Origin: Selaginella moellendorffii
Lineage: Eukaryota; Plantae; Lycopodiophyta
Reading direction: 5' to 3'
NCBI RefSeq assembly: GCF_000143415.4
Contig: NW_003314325.1
Span: 838,086-902,085 of the forward strand
Length of the DNA: 64,000 nt
The notes below the pieces were generated by a model, which was given only the letters and a program-made list of their open reading frames with translations, ran no database searches and had not been told where the DNA came from. Positions 24,101 to 37,029 of the stretch are shown in pieces; positions within the stretch are counted from its first letter, which is position 1, and each line of letters starts with the position of its first letter. The translations under genes were made by a program, and so were the position numbers.

Positions 24101-24599
24101 AAGAGAGCCTATAGATCCAAACCAGAAATACAAAGGCCAAGCTCTCGTAGATAAAGGCCGGGGAGCACAGACTCACACAAAAGCTGGCACAGTCTTCGAA
24201 GAAATGCAAGTGTTGTCCAGTGAGTGGCCAAGAGCTAACGTAGATAACCATGGTAGCACCAACACTGGATAAAACTTCGTTTTATATGTTAATAATGTGG
24301 AATCAAGGAGAGTGAAGAAAGATGGGAGAGATATTGACTAGTAGACTTTATCAGGAGAAAAGTTGTTGCAATGTGGGCTTGCAGCAATCCTCAGTCTGGA
24401 GTTGGATGAAGGGCATTTATGGGCTCTCCAAACCTTACAGATCAAAAGGAGGATGTAGAGCAGACGCGGGATGGAGTTCCTTGACAACTTTCTATTCTAG
24501 GAACAATGACAAGCTTATAAAACTTCCACGAAGTATGAGGAGCACCCAAGTATCGCCAGAGAAATCGCAAATTGCCCTTTTGGGCATTTGCCACGAGCA

Positions 24600-25475
24600 T
24601 TCCATTACATTCCACGGCTCCAGTCAAACCCAGAGGATCCACTCCCGGATAGTGGACAGCGGCTACTCCTCCTCAATTTCCTCATCCAGTCTTATGGCAA
24701 ATGCGGCAGTGTCGGCGATGTCTCTGCGATCGATCGCCCCAATCTCTTCATCATGATTCAAGCATATTCCCGAAGTGGGCATCGGGATGAAGAGCGTAAC
24801 GTTTTTGATAAATTTCATTCTCCCGATCCAGTCACGTGAAATGAGATAATCAATGCCTATGTGCAGCAAGGCATTAAATGCCGGAAAGGAGTGAAATTAT
24901 GGTAACAACAGTTGCCCAAAACGGGCATCTGGACTAAGACAGGGCGGTGTTTGACGCAATGCCGATCGATAAGAAGACCATGGCATCGTGGACGGCGATG
25001 CTCCAGGGCTACACCAAAAACTCCCGGATCGGTCAGGCCCTCCAGATGTTCCCGGGCCACAATACAGTCGCCGAGACGCTGTTCTTATCAGGACGTCTCT
25101 CAGAGACCATCATCGCTTGGACCCGCTCGACGCCGCCGCTGAGCAATCGAATCTATTCTCTCTGCCTGAACTTGCTCTCATATCCAGGCGCTCAGTGCAT
25201 CGATCGCGTGCGCCATTAAACTTGAGGCTGAGTTCCAATGAGCCGGAGCTTCTCGGGGATGACTAGCCCATCGCAGTAGCATCCCGTGGGCTTCCTATAG
25301 CATATGGATATATGGCTTCAATGTCGCGGTTGCCGCCGAATGCAAAGGTGAAGACTGTGGACTTTGGGGTTGCTCGTGCATGAGAAAGCAGCACAATGCT
25401 AAGCAGAAGAGCAAATATTGGAAGAACAGTTCTAGAACAGAAAACCATATCTGCTAGCGCCAAATCTATCTCACT
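24600..25475. pseudogene. Fused PPR remnant (+) and internally deleted GDSL 5' fragment (-)
   Basis: IQSYGKCGSVGD, SWTAMLQGYT on +; CSRTVLPIFALLLSIVLLSHARATPKSTVFTFAFGGNRDIEA on - (about 25210-25470). Confidence 0.75.
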
Positions 25476-26624
25476 TGGTTGACGGTAAGCTAGTCAACCC
25501 CGCAGCTGCGATTCCATGGCCGCTGCTCACCAGAAATGCCAGGCGGAACGTCTCCTCGATCGCGAGCGGGAAGGGATTCAATGTAGATGTGCTTTGCATT
25601 TGCATTTGCATTGGTTTCGTGGTGGTCTTTGCCAGCCCAGGAAATCTTTGGGTGAGGTCTTGTATGATGCTGGGGCAGGGCAACCTTGCTCGATCGTTCC
25701 TCGAGGAGTTTGGCTTTGCAGATTACTATAGAGCTTCTGAATCGCTTCAGGAGGCTCGATTGAGTTACAAGAAGTTTGGGCAAAGAGATCTGGTGGCTTA
25801 GACCGCGATGAACGAAGTGCGGGCTATGCAAAGAGGCATTTGCGACTTACTAGAGGATGCCTTGACAGATTTACGTACACTGCTGAGTATTCATGCTTGT
25901 CTCGTGAGGGATGGAATCAAATGGGACGTCGTCATTGGTCGCTGTGGAAATCCCAGGCAGTGTCATATCTGGCATAAGCACAGGCATGATCAACACAATC
26001 AGCATAGAGTTTCTGTGCTCTCGTCAATTAGTTGTTCTTTGGAAGTCAAGGGAGAATGAGGAGGTGTTTGCTCTATAGCTTCGACTTGGTGTTTTGGAAC
26101 GCCGTGGTTTGGGCTTACCGAGACAGCCATGCCGTTCTAACTGCGTGTGCTACCAGTTGCCAGCATGCGCTGCTTCAAACGAACGAACTCCATGATCGAG
26201 CGGCCAGTTTGGATCCAGTTGTGGTACTCTAAGCCTCAGAGGCTCGGCCTTGGATGGACAAACGAGATGCAGTGGTGCAAAGCTCCATTCTGGCCACATC
26301 TCCAAGATGGATCATTTCCTAAGCGTTAGTTTCTATTCTTGTGGGCAAAAATCCAGGTCTTGGCGATGGATCTGTCTAGCATCCTTGCGATCAATTCGTT
26401 GCCATCGATCTTTTCTGATGAGTGTTTTTCTTTCTGGAGATAGGAAAAAAATATATATATATTGCTCAATGCTTGTAGAGTTAATAGGGATTTGGAGAGA
26501 GGAGCAAAGGTGGGGATGAATGAGTTTAAAAGTGAGAGGAGCGAGCCTGTAAGTTACATGCTTCTTGCAAACTTGGTTACTGCTAAGATACCAAGTTTAG
26601 CTTCTGATTCAAAATAGCTCTCTG

Positions 26625-27745
26625 TTTCGTTTAGCTTTTGCAAGAGACTAGAACGTAACTCCAGCGATTGCCATCGTCGTGCCTACAGCAGTTTGTCTTG
26701 TAATTCGACTTCCTAGGTAGAGACAAACTCACTTGTATCATCAATCTAATCACTGGAAAGCTTTCCAAAACAAGTATAAAAAATACGATGACTACGACTC
26801 GCTTTAGTACATTTCCTACTGCGTGTGACAAAGGTGCTACTCGTTCCAGAGTGTTGTGGCCAACCTGTTAGAAGATAAAAGAATCCCAACGAGAAAGCAC
26901 AAACCTGATCATACAGATGATAGATGTTAGAAGATAAAAGAATCCCACGAGAAAGCATAAACCTGATCATACAGATGATAGAAAACTCTGACCACAACTA
27001 GAACTGGTACGAACTTTCGAATGCAACTGGGGAAGCAAGCCCATGCTTGACAAGGCTTGGACCTTCTATCCGTAGATAAAAAGCATTGATCCACTAAAAG
27101 CTTGTGGATTAAATGAATGCTACTTGGTGGTATGCACATGCAAAGATATGTAAACGTAAAAGATTAGTGCTGTGTTTCCTGGACAGAAAAAAAAAACAAA
27201 GTGCTTCATCAGATATGAATATGTTAAAAAATACCATAGCCTCCTTGGAAACATTGTTTCAGTGCATTAGATGTCATGGCACGTGAGAATTGAAACCTCT
27301 GTATGCGATGCAATGCTAGAGCAACACCTGAAAGACCAAGCTTGAGAACGCAAGAGATTTACAACTTTAGAGCATATGTTTACCAGCAACTACAGGTATC
27401 AAGCTAAGCCAGAGGGCAAAAGGAACTGATTGTCCTAGAAGAAACTATGATGTAGATGGCTCCAGCGCTGCCAAAAACATGAAAATCCTATCAATCTTCA
27501 CGAACTAAAAGCAAAACCACAAAACTTTTGACCATATGTCAAGGAAACGGCGACAGTGGAAGAGGAAATGGTCATGATGTGTTCCAGGGCGTATCAAAAC
27601 GATAGTGGCAGAAGCAATCTCATCAGTTCCTTGCTCAATGGCTGGAACCAATAAAATTAGGAACAATGTATAGATAGTCTACGTTTTGGCATTTCAGATG
27701 CCCAGCAGCCTCAGTATGTAACTGCTTCCACATCCACATTACCTG
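26625..27745 (-). pseudogene. Plastid phosphate translocator (TPT/GPT-like) pseudogene
   Basis: [54 protein letters not shown] fragments separated by short introns, with stops; about 60-bp tandem duplication at 26867-26982. Confidence 0.75.
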
Positions 27746-28668
27746 TTGTGATCCTGTTAATCCAGGGGAAGCATTTGAGACGTTATCCATTTGGGCGCTA
27801 ATTTGAATATAAATGTTTTAGATGCTGCAACTCCTTGTGACAAAAGGTTGCGAGCAAGTATGTTAACGATATGAGACTTCTCAAAAAAATATTATTATTT
27901 GCTGAGTTGTGCTGATGCTTGACGCTAATGTATTTAATGTAATTTATGTTTTTTGTATAATTTTTTATTTCTATTTGTTGGGTATATCCTTCTTTTTCCA
28001 TGAGTTCCCTTTTTTGACTCTTTCATTATAATATTCCTGTTGGAATATCCTAAATTATATTTGGTACATGCCTTTGTAATTGATTTTCAAATCAGTTTAT
28101 GTTTGTTCTTGGTTTTCGGTGTATATTTGCAATTTATATATTCATCTTATTCTTCTCTAATAAGATGTAAGTTAATGTTGATGTGTTTGTATTTTTTGGA
28201 TTGGTATGTATTCTTTATAATATTATTTGCAATATACAGTGGCTGATTATGAATTGTAAAATATAATTGGCAGTGTTGTACAAGCTTCTTATATGCATGA
28301 TGTATTTATAGAATCTATCAAGACAAAAACCTTCAATCCAAGACATAACTTTCCCTACTACATTCTCTAATGGCATGACTTGGTGATGGGTGGTGGCATT
28401 GGCTTTTTCTATTCATTTTATCAATATATTCTTTGCCACATATGTCACCAGGCTGCCCGCGAGCCCGTTATAGCCCAGGAACATAAAACCATGGTTTCTC
28501 GTCGTTTTGAGTTGTGGACTTGCAGATGTGAGCTTGGTGGCTGCAAAGGACGACCTCGGCTAGACAAAATATTTTCTCTCATTTTTTATACTTCTTCGTT
28601 TTCTTTTTTCTTCAGGCTCGAAAGATCAGGAAGCTCCTCCACACCAGCTAACAACGAATCAAAGATAA

Positions 28669-28732
28669 TGCGGTGAGCGTGGATCGAACACGTGGCCTTC
28701 AGATCCAGTCTGACGCTCTCCCAAACTGAGCT
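28669..28732 (-). pseudogene. tRNA-Phe pseudogene
   Basis: Same anticodon-loop deletion as the copy at 12683. Confidence 0.85.
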
Positions 28733-29172
28733 TGGATGGTTTTAGACAATAACTTCAATATGATTAAGTTAAAATGTAAAAGCTTACCTCTACAATGAGA
28801 GTTTGGGGGCTGCGGCGATCTTGATCAAACCACTACAGCGGCTACTCTATAAATTCCTCTTCAATCTCCTCATCCCAGTCGCGTAGAATAAGTTTATTAT
28901 CTATCAAATGCCGGAAATGAGTAAAATCACTTGGACCGGACTGGGGATCACTGGAGGTGACGCGCTAGGCTGAGGCGAGATGGGCGATCGCAAGGCAAGG
29001 GTGAGCGGGCTGATCCTCGAGGAGATTCCCTTCAACCATCGTGACCGTTCTTGAGAGGGGAGATTTGCGGAGCTTGTTCCAATTTACGTAATAAAAAAGG
29101 CAATGCTCGAATATGGGTTAAATTAGAAAAGTGAGTTTGTGTGAATTACATGAACTTGGTTACTCCTTTGTT

Positions 29173-30351
29173 TCAAAGAGGACTTTCTGGTACAGTGACG
29201 ACTTTGCAACCCATTTCCAGCTTCACCTTTGGTGTGATGTACTCTCCAGCCATGATATATTCGGACATGATCTCGTAAAAGTGCTCTGTGTAGTGAATGC
29301 CATCAAAAGTGAAATACTTGCTGGGATCCTTACACACCGTGTAAACAGCATTGGTCTGGTTCAGTGGAGCACACCCGCAAAGACCCTCACCATCACAGTT
29401 AAACTTGCCACCTCCACCGCAGCACGACTGGAGCGAGTTCGTGAAGCCAAACTCCTTCATATTCTCCAAAACATAGGTGTTTGCTGCAAACCAATCGAAG
29501 TAGTACACAGTGAGACCCTGGTATTTTTGCGTCAGCTCTTCCGTCAGCCTCTGGATGTTGGTGTTGAAGTAGGAGATAATCTGGGCAATCTCAACAATGC
29601 AACCATCCTTGTCATAGTGGAATGTACCAGCGGGGTACTGTTGGAAAGATTGGAGATAGTTTGGAGAGCAATCGGCACGGGGCATGTTGTAGAGCACAAC
29701 ATGGCGAGCTCCGTGGGCATATAGCTTCTGAATTCCATCGGCCAGGCCTTGGATCACGGCCGGGATGGTGACGTTGATCACGTAGCCGCCTCCCAGTGGC
29801 AAACCAAAGTTGATATCGTCTCCTCCAATCTCGACCGAGTAGAGTGCATTCTCGTACCATGGTTTGCTCGCCTGGCGACCATATCGACCCTCGACAAACT
29901 CCTGGTGGCGCACGAAGTCGTCAACCTGGGCGGACAAGACATGTGGGCTCGAGTATGGCTGGTTCTCGACCTTGATCACCGTGGCTCCGGCGTATCCAAA
30001 GTTGAGGCTCTCGAACTCGGTGCCATTGTACTTGAGGCTGGGAGTTCCAAGGTTGTCGAGGCGGAGCTTCTGGAGCAGGAGGTCGGGGATGACGAGCCCG
30101 TCGCAGTAGCGTCCAGTGGGCTTCCCGTAGGTGATCCCGTATGGGTACCTGCCCGATAGGGTCTTGCCGCCACCGGCTTCAATGTCGCGGTTGCCGCCAT
30201 CGCTGAGAGAATCTGCAAAGGTGAAGACTGCGGTTGGACAGATCGACGAGCTCGACTTTGGCGTTGCTGGTGTTGCTCGTGCCTGAGAAAGCAGCACAAT
30301 GTTAAGCAAAAGAGCAAAGATTGCAAGAACAGTTCCAGAACAAGAAGCCAT
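29173..30351 (-). CDS. GDSL esterase/lipase, intronless (copy 3)
   Basis: Open frame, a few substitutions relative to copies 1 and 2. Confidence 0.93.
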   Translation of the reverse strand: MASCSGTVLAIFALLLNIVLLSQARATPATPKSSSSICPTAVFTFADSLSDGGNRDIEAGGGKTLSGRYPYGITYGKPTGRYCDGLVIPDLLLQKLRLDNLGTPSLKYNGTEFESLNFGYAGATVIKVENQPYSSPHVLSAQVDDFVRHQEFVEGRYGRQASKPWYENALYSVEIGGDDINFGLPLGGGYVINVTIPAVIQGLADGIQKLYAHGARHVVLYNMPRADCSPNYLQSFQQYPAGTFHYDKDGCIVEIAQIISYFNTNIQRLTEELTQKYQGLTVYYFDWFAANTYVLENMKEFGFTNSLQSCCGGGGKFNCDGEGLCGCAPLNQTNAVYTVCKDPSKYFTFDGIHYTEHFYEIMSEYIMAGEYITPKVKLEMGCKVVTVPESPL

Positions 30352-33183
30352 CACAGCTGATGGATCTGTAGAAGTGTTGGAGGCCAAAGTTTATATAATG
30401 GATCCCAATCTCTTGAACAAGAGCTATCACATCTAAAACTAGTTCCATATCCATATTTCGAGTTACCAAAGAGATTGAAATATCTTCAGAGAGTTTGGTA
30501 AAAAGTTAATACCCTAAAGCAGATGTCAGAATCGGCAATCTGCTCGTGGAGTTGTATAGCAAATGTGGCAGCGCCAACGACGCTCGGGCGGAACATCTTC
30601 TCTAGGGATTTAATTCTCTTGGTGATCTTAGCCTAGTGAGGTCTTACTTGAGGCTGGATCCTTGCTTGATCGATCCTGACCTTTGTAGATTGCTACAGAC
30701 TTTCTGAGATTGTATGGATCGCTCCAGGAGGCTTGATTGGCTGGCGAGAGTCTTAAGAAGTTCGGGCAGAGAGATCTGGCGGCTTGGAATGCGATAAACG
30801 ACACTTATGCCCAGTGCGGGCTATGCAAAGAACGGCATTTGCGATTCACGAGAGGATGCTTACAAATTCACGTACACGACTCTTCTCTCCTGCTATGACA
30901 ATCTGGGCGACGTAAAAAAGATCCATGCGCACCACTGCATTTGTAATGTGGAATCCAGATAAGGTGTTTGAATAGTTGGACGTGGGGCTGTGGACTGCAA
31001 CCTAAGGATCGTGGAAGCCATCCAAGCGATAGAACAACAAGGTTTCGAGCGAGCAGCTTTATGCTGCCTGCTCTCCTCCAGATTGTGGAAGGTAGCAATT
31101 GTTGATCTGCTCAAGTCTCCAGGAATCACGCACCAATCAGTCAGGAATAGCTTGTATACAGAGTGTGATTGACATGTGAATTGCAACTCCTTTTCTCTTC
31201 ACAGATCCTTTCTGTTGTATGCGCAACTTTTGCGATGGAGCAAGAAATTTCTAATGTTTGTTTATTTTGCTAGATGTCGTGAAACAAGCAAGGCATAGGA
31301 GGACGAGCAAGCGGTGATTGCCGGGCTGGAGGAGGAGCATAGAATCAGTTAGAACGCTCAAAGTTCGTGGGTATGACCATAACCGGAGAAATCATATCAG
31401 CTGTTTTGTGGTACGCTTGTGTCTTCCAGTTGTATAAGAATTCAATCCAAGGGCCCCGTAGGAAGTGCCAACTTTGCTATGGCCTCGTCCAGCTTTATCG
31501 CAAAGTCTAGGACATCCAGAGCAAGCCAGCGTAAGGCGTTTCCCGTGAGTGGCGATCCACCGAGCACCCTCTGAGAGAGCTTCGAGCCTGTCTGCCGGCA
31601 CCATCTTCTGGCACCATCCGTCGACTGACTTGGAGCTTGGGAGAAGTTGACAGCGTCTTGTTTAAGGTACATTTTACTAACACGATCTCCCCTCCAGGAA
31701 GAAAGGAAGCGTCTCTTTCCCCGTCTAGAACCCGATCGGAAACGTTGAGAATTCCTTACCTTGGAAAAACCGGCAGATATCAAGAGCAGGATCATCACAG
31801 TTCCCGACCATCGTTTCTTCATCATAAACTTGATGTTATCATTTGGATATGTTTGCGTCTAGAGTTTCGCCAGACTTATGAGTTGGATCCTCCAGGTTTG
31901 ATCGTGGAGTTGAAAAACTCTATGCGTCCATAGTGTTCCCGTTTGAGATCTCTCGCTTTTCGCACTGAACTAAATGGTGAAACCATTGTGCTCACCGCTG
32001 CTTTGGGTGCTCGGTCTTTTGTTGCTTAAAGTTGCTCTATGCATCAATGCCGCTTCTTCTTCTTTATTGTCTCTTTCTCTTAGACCTCGTGATGCAAGGC
32101 GTCTCTGTGCGAGGCCGGACCGAGCTCACGAGCTCAAAAATTCAATGCAGGGTCAATTATAGTCAATGCAAGGTCTTCAAAGACTGTGTCTTCATTTGCT
32201 CAAGCTCGATCGCCCCAAGCTCTTCTCGAAAAACCGCCGACCCAGGAATGTATGGTATAAGATTTATCAAATGCCGGAAAGGAAGGCATTTCTTTGGACC
32301 GGAATGTAAACAACCCCGGAATGTAAACAGCATGTACCCTACCCCGACTCGAGAAGAAGACTATATCTGGCGATGCTCCACGGGTACAAAACACTCGGAT
32401 CGATCCAGGCTCTCCAAAACCCTAAACCATATCAGGGAGGAAACTCTCAATAAGAAGGTAAATTCTAATCCGTTCACTCTACATGCTCATTTGGTTATCT
32501 TGTTAGTTATGCGCCGCTCTACAGGGCAAAGGTTGGCCTCTGCCGAGGATCTGGCTAAGCACTATGGTACCAGGACTTGGCTCATGGTTTCTGAACTCTG
32601 GTTTCATAACGGGTGCCCAAGAACGGATGAGCTTGTTCAGCTGGAAAAGGTCTTGTTCGATCCGGAGATGAGAACATCTGTGAAGCTGGCTATGGCCCGG
32701 GGGAACCTTAATGTGTAGGAACTGGTTTGGAGTAGGTGAGTTTTATGCCATGGCCGTTGGCAAACGCTATATCTGTCCCGTTTCTCCTTTACTCATCCAA
32801 AACGAAGCAGTGGAAAATAAGGAACTTTTCGATCAGATCATTCACTTAAGGAGTTTATGGAAACTTGGATACCGGGGCAGTATCACTAGAAAGTTGGCAA
32901 TGTACAATCCAACCCTCGGTTCCACCAAGTTTGTCAAGCCTTTCAAACGGGATTTTTGCCCGAGTTTATCTGCTTTATGCCAGCGAAATTCATCCAAAGG
33001 CTGTTCATGAGGTTAAGGGATTGTTTTGGATCAGCTCCCTGAATATAAGTTAAAATTTGGTAAAGGTGGACTTGTGGCTGTGCTAATAAAACAGCCCCAA
33101 TAAAGGCCAAAATCATTGATAATAGGTCCCATTAAAAAAAAAAAAAAAAAAAAAAAACATTTGATACCCTAAACCTTCACTTC

Positions 33184-33229
33184 TGAGCGTGGATCGAACA
33201 CGCGCCTTCAGATCTTCAGTGATCCCCGC
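33184..33229 (-). pseudogene. tRNA-Phe remnant lacking the D-arm
   Basis: TGAGCGTGGATCGAACACGCGCCTTCAGATCTTCAGTGATCCCCGC on +; internal deletion. Confidence 0.75.
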
Positions 33230-33434
33230 TTATCTTCACACATATCACAAGCGTATTCAGTTTTGGCAGCGCTCTAGAGGAGTGAGATCGCTTAACATTG
33301 TCTTGGAAAATGTCTAGCTGATATAATCTGGCTCAATCAAAACTCACAAGATCACAACATTTTTCCGGCAATCTGCTTTTTTTTGCTGAAACATGCAAAT
33401 ATATGGCAATGAAAATGGATGCCCCTTGATCACT

Positions 33435-33891
33435 CTATTCTCTAGTCAGCTCAACATCAAACAACAGCAAACAACAAACTTGATACTCTCCAAGGGGAGG
33501 GGGCGCACCGTAGTGTGGGTTCCTGTTTGCCCCTGGGCCGTCACAGTCGCTGGTGTGGACCTCTCCAAGGAGCTTCCTGCCGTTGAGAGCCTGGAAGAAA
33601 AAAGAGCGAGAGAGAGAGAGAGAGAGCGAGAGAAGAAGACGAAGAAGAAGTTATAGTTAACAACAGAAAATGTGAAACGTAGGAGAAGATTATCAACCTG
33701 GCCCTGTGCAGCCAGCAAGCTCGCATCTGCAAACCAACTAAAAGCAGTAAGAAACGAGATTGTGGAGGAAAATAACAAAGAAATGAAATCTATATGTGCT
33801 CTCTACCTTTGTTTCCACTAGTAGCAAAAGCGGCAGTGATGAGCAGGCATGAGAGCAGGGCTGCGAGCACAAGCTTGCGAGGAGGAGCCAT
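33435..33891 (-). CDS. PSY-like precursor variant (DY changed to DC, second motif deleted, new C-terminus); exons 33891-33807, 33726-33698, 33590-33435
   Basis: MAPPRKLVLAALLSCLLITAAFATSGNK|DASLLAAQGQ|ALNGRKLLGEVHTSDCDGPGANRNPHYGAPPPLGEYQVCCLLLFDVELTRE*; splice sites intact. Confidence 0.65.
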
Positions 33892-34399
33892 TTCTATACT
33901 AAGAGAGCCTATAGATCCAAACCAGGAAGGAAAGAATGAGACGCTCCCGTAGATAAAGGCCGAGGAGCACAGACTCACACAAAAGCTGGCACAGTCTTCG
34001 AAGAAATGCAAGTGTTGTCCACCGAGTGGCCAAAAGCTAACGTAGATAACCATGGTAGCATCACCGTTACCAACACTGGATAAAACTTCGCTTTATATGT
34101 TAATAATGTGGAATCAAGGAGAGTGAAGAAAGATGGGAGAGATATTGACTAGTAGACTTTATCAGGAGAATATGTGGGCTTGCAGCAATCCTCAGTCTGG
34201 AGTTGGATGAAAGGCTGTTACAGGCTCTCCAACCCTACAGATCAAAAGGAGAGACGCGGAATGGAGCTCCTCGAGAACTTTCTATGTAGTGATCTTGCTA
34301 GGAACGATGATATAAAAACTTCCACGAAGTATGAGGAACACCCAAGTATCGCCAGAGAAATCGCAAATTGCCCGTTTTGGGCACTTGCCGAGAGCATTA

Positions 34400-35230
34400 C
34401 ATTCCACTGCTCCAATCAAACCCAGAGGATCTACTCCCGGATAGTGGACAGCGGCTACTCCTCCACAATTTTTGCATCCAGTATTATGGCAAATGTGGCA
34501 GTGTCGGCGATGTGTCTCTGCAATCGATCGCCCCAATCTGATTCAAGCATATGCCCTAATTGGGCATCTTGATAAAGAGCGTAACGTTTTTGATCAATCT
34601 CATTCTCTCGATCTAGTCACGTGAAATGAGATAATAACTGCCTATGTGCAGCCTGGCTAGAAAAACTTTTCTTTGATCAAATGCCGGAAAAGATGGTAAC
34701 AACAGTTGCCCAAAACGGGCATCTGGACTAAGACAGGGCGGTGTTTGACGCAATGCCGATGGCATCGTGGACGGCGATGCTCCAGGGCTACACCAAAAAC
34801 TCCCGGATCGGTCAGGCCCTCCAGATGTTCCCGGGCCATAATACAGTTGCCGTTATCAGGATGTCTCTCAGAGACCATCATCGCTTGGACCCGCTCGACG
34901 CCGCAGCTGAGCAATCGAATCTCTTCTCTCTGCCTGAAATCCAGGCGCTCAGTGCATCGATCGCGTGCGCCATTAAACTTGAGGCAGAGTTCCAATGAGC
35001 CGGAGCTTCTGGAGCAGGAGGTCGGGGATGACATGCCCATCCCGTGGGCTTCCTATAACATACGGATATATGGCTTCAATGTCGCGGTTGCCGCCGAATG
35101 CAAAGGTGAAGACGGTGGTCGACTTTGGCGTTGCTCGTGCATGAGAAAGAAGCACAATGCTAAGTAGAAGTGCAAATATTGGAAGAACAGTTCTAGAACA
35201 GAAAACCATATCTGCTAGCGCCAAATCTAT
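34400..35230. pseudogene. Fused PPR remnant (+) and GDSL 5' fragment (-)
   Basis: Paralog of 24600-25475; IPDLLLQKLRL motif on -. Confidence 0.75.
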
Positions 35231-37029
35231 CGCACTTGGTTGACGGTAAGCTAGTGAACCCGCAGCTGCGATTCCATGGCCGCCACTCGTGGTCACCAGA
35301 AATCGTGCGTCAGGCGGAACGTCTCCTTGATCGCGAGCGGGGAGGGATTCAATGTAGATGTGCTTTGCATTTGCATTTGCATTTGCATTGGTTTCGTGGT
35401 GATCTTTGCCGGCCCAGGAAATCTTTGGGTGAGGTCTTGTTTGATGCTGGGGCAGGGCAACCTTGCTCGATCGTTCCTCGAGGAGTCGGGCTTTGCAGAT
35501 TACTATAGAGCTTCTGAGAATGTATGGATCGCTTCAGGAGGCTCGATTGAGTTACAAGAAGTTTGGGCAGAGAGATCTGGTGGCTTTGACCGCGATGAAC
35601 GAAGTGCGGGCTATGCAAAGAGGCATTTGCGACTTACTAGAGGATGCCTTGACAGATTTACGTACACTGCTGAGTATTCATGCTTGTCTCGCGAGGGATG
35701 GAATCAAATGGGACGTCGTCATTGGTCGCTGTGGAAATCCCAGGCAGTGTCATGTTCGGCATAAGCACAGGCATGATCAACACCATCAGCATGGAGTTTC
35801 TGTGCTCTCAGGGACGATCTTGTCAATTAGTTGTTCTTTGGAAGTCAAGGGAGAATGAGGAGGTGTTTGCTCTATAGCTTCGACTTGGTGTTTTGGAACG
35901 CCATGGTTTGGGCTTGCCGCGTTCTAACTGCGTGTGCTACCAGTTGCCAGCATGCGCTGCTTCAAACGAACGAACTCCATGATCGAGCGGCCAGTTTGGA
36001 TCCAGTTGTGGTACTCCAAGCCTCAGAGGCTCGGCCTTGGATGGACAAACGAGATGCAGTGGTGCAAAGCTCCTAAACGTTAGTTTCTATCCTTGTGCCC
36101 CTCGTAACGGGCAAAAATCCAGGACTTGGCGATGGATCTGTCTAGCATCCTTGTGATCAATTCGATGCCATCAATCTTTCCTGATCGAGTGTTTTTCTGT
36201 CTGCAGAGATGCTGAATTTTACAAGGAAATAGGAAAAAAATAAAAAAATAAAAATTGAAACTTGCGCAGCTTGATCGAATCATCAAAGACACAAGGCCAT
36301 GCTTGGATTCTAGAGATCCTCTTCAAGATGTACTTGCAATGATCGGGGAGAGAGGCTTTGTGGAGAATATATTTCTGGATGAGGCTCGAGAAAGAAATTG
36401 CCAAGGATAAGGTTCTACAGGAAAAAAAAGCTGATCAAAGCTCACATTTGTGTCATATCTCTTTTTTTTTTTGTTTTTACTTGCGTTTCAGAGAAGTGCA
36501 GGTATGAATCCTTCTCACACACAAACATCTCAGTGTGATATTATCCTCAAAGAAAGATATGAGGCCGTGATAATCATGGGCAGATCGGCCGACTGCCTCA
36601 TGAGAACACAACACGCTTGCGTTTTTCCTGGAGGGGAGATCGTGCACGTAAACATCACAGAGCGAGGACCTAGCTCAACCCGAACAGAAACGTTAACTGT
36701 GGAAAACCGGCAGGAATCATGTCGACCTTCGTATCAAAATTGTTGACCATGTGGCATAGGGCGTCTTCCAAATATCCAGAATACCCAACCGAGGCAAATG
36801 CGTCATTGCAACACACGCATTTCTTCTCTGGTGCCAAATCCGGATATGGCCTCTTTCACAACACCAGCATCGGCAAAAACACCAAGCATTGTCGCCCAAT
36901 TCCTCCAGTTCCGGGCTCATGCCTTTTCTTTCTGTGAGCAATAGGACATTTCCGCACTTGTTGCGTTTGCCAACAGCCACGATAAAACTCAGTTCCTACA
37001 CATTCCCGCAGGCATGTCAATGTTAGCAG

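Larger units (their letters stand above)
16712..26430. repeat. Segmental duplication unit 2
   Basis: Collinear with unit 1 (minus the TRIM) and with 28430-36470 and 53213-59795. Confidence 0.8.
28430..36470. repeat. Segmental duplication unit 3
   Basis: Begins at CTTTGCCACATATGTCACCAGG (matches about 12446); contains tRNA pseudogenes, GDSL, PSY-like gene, PPR/GDSL fragments. Confidence 0.8.

Noticed and set aside
33134-33157. A24 tract as a retroposon tail
   Set aside because: No TSD or recognisable body; treated as a simple homopolymer.
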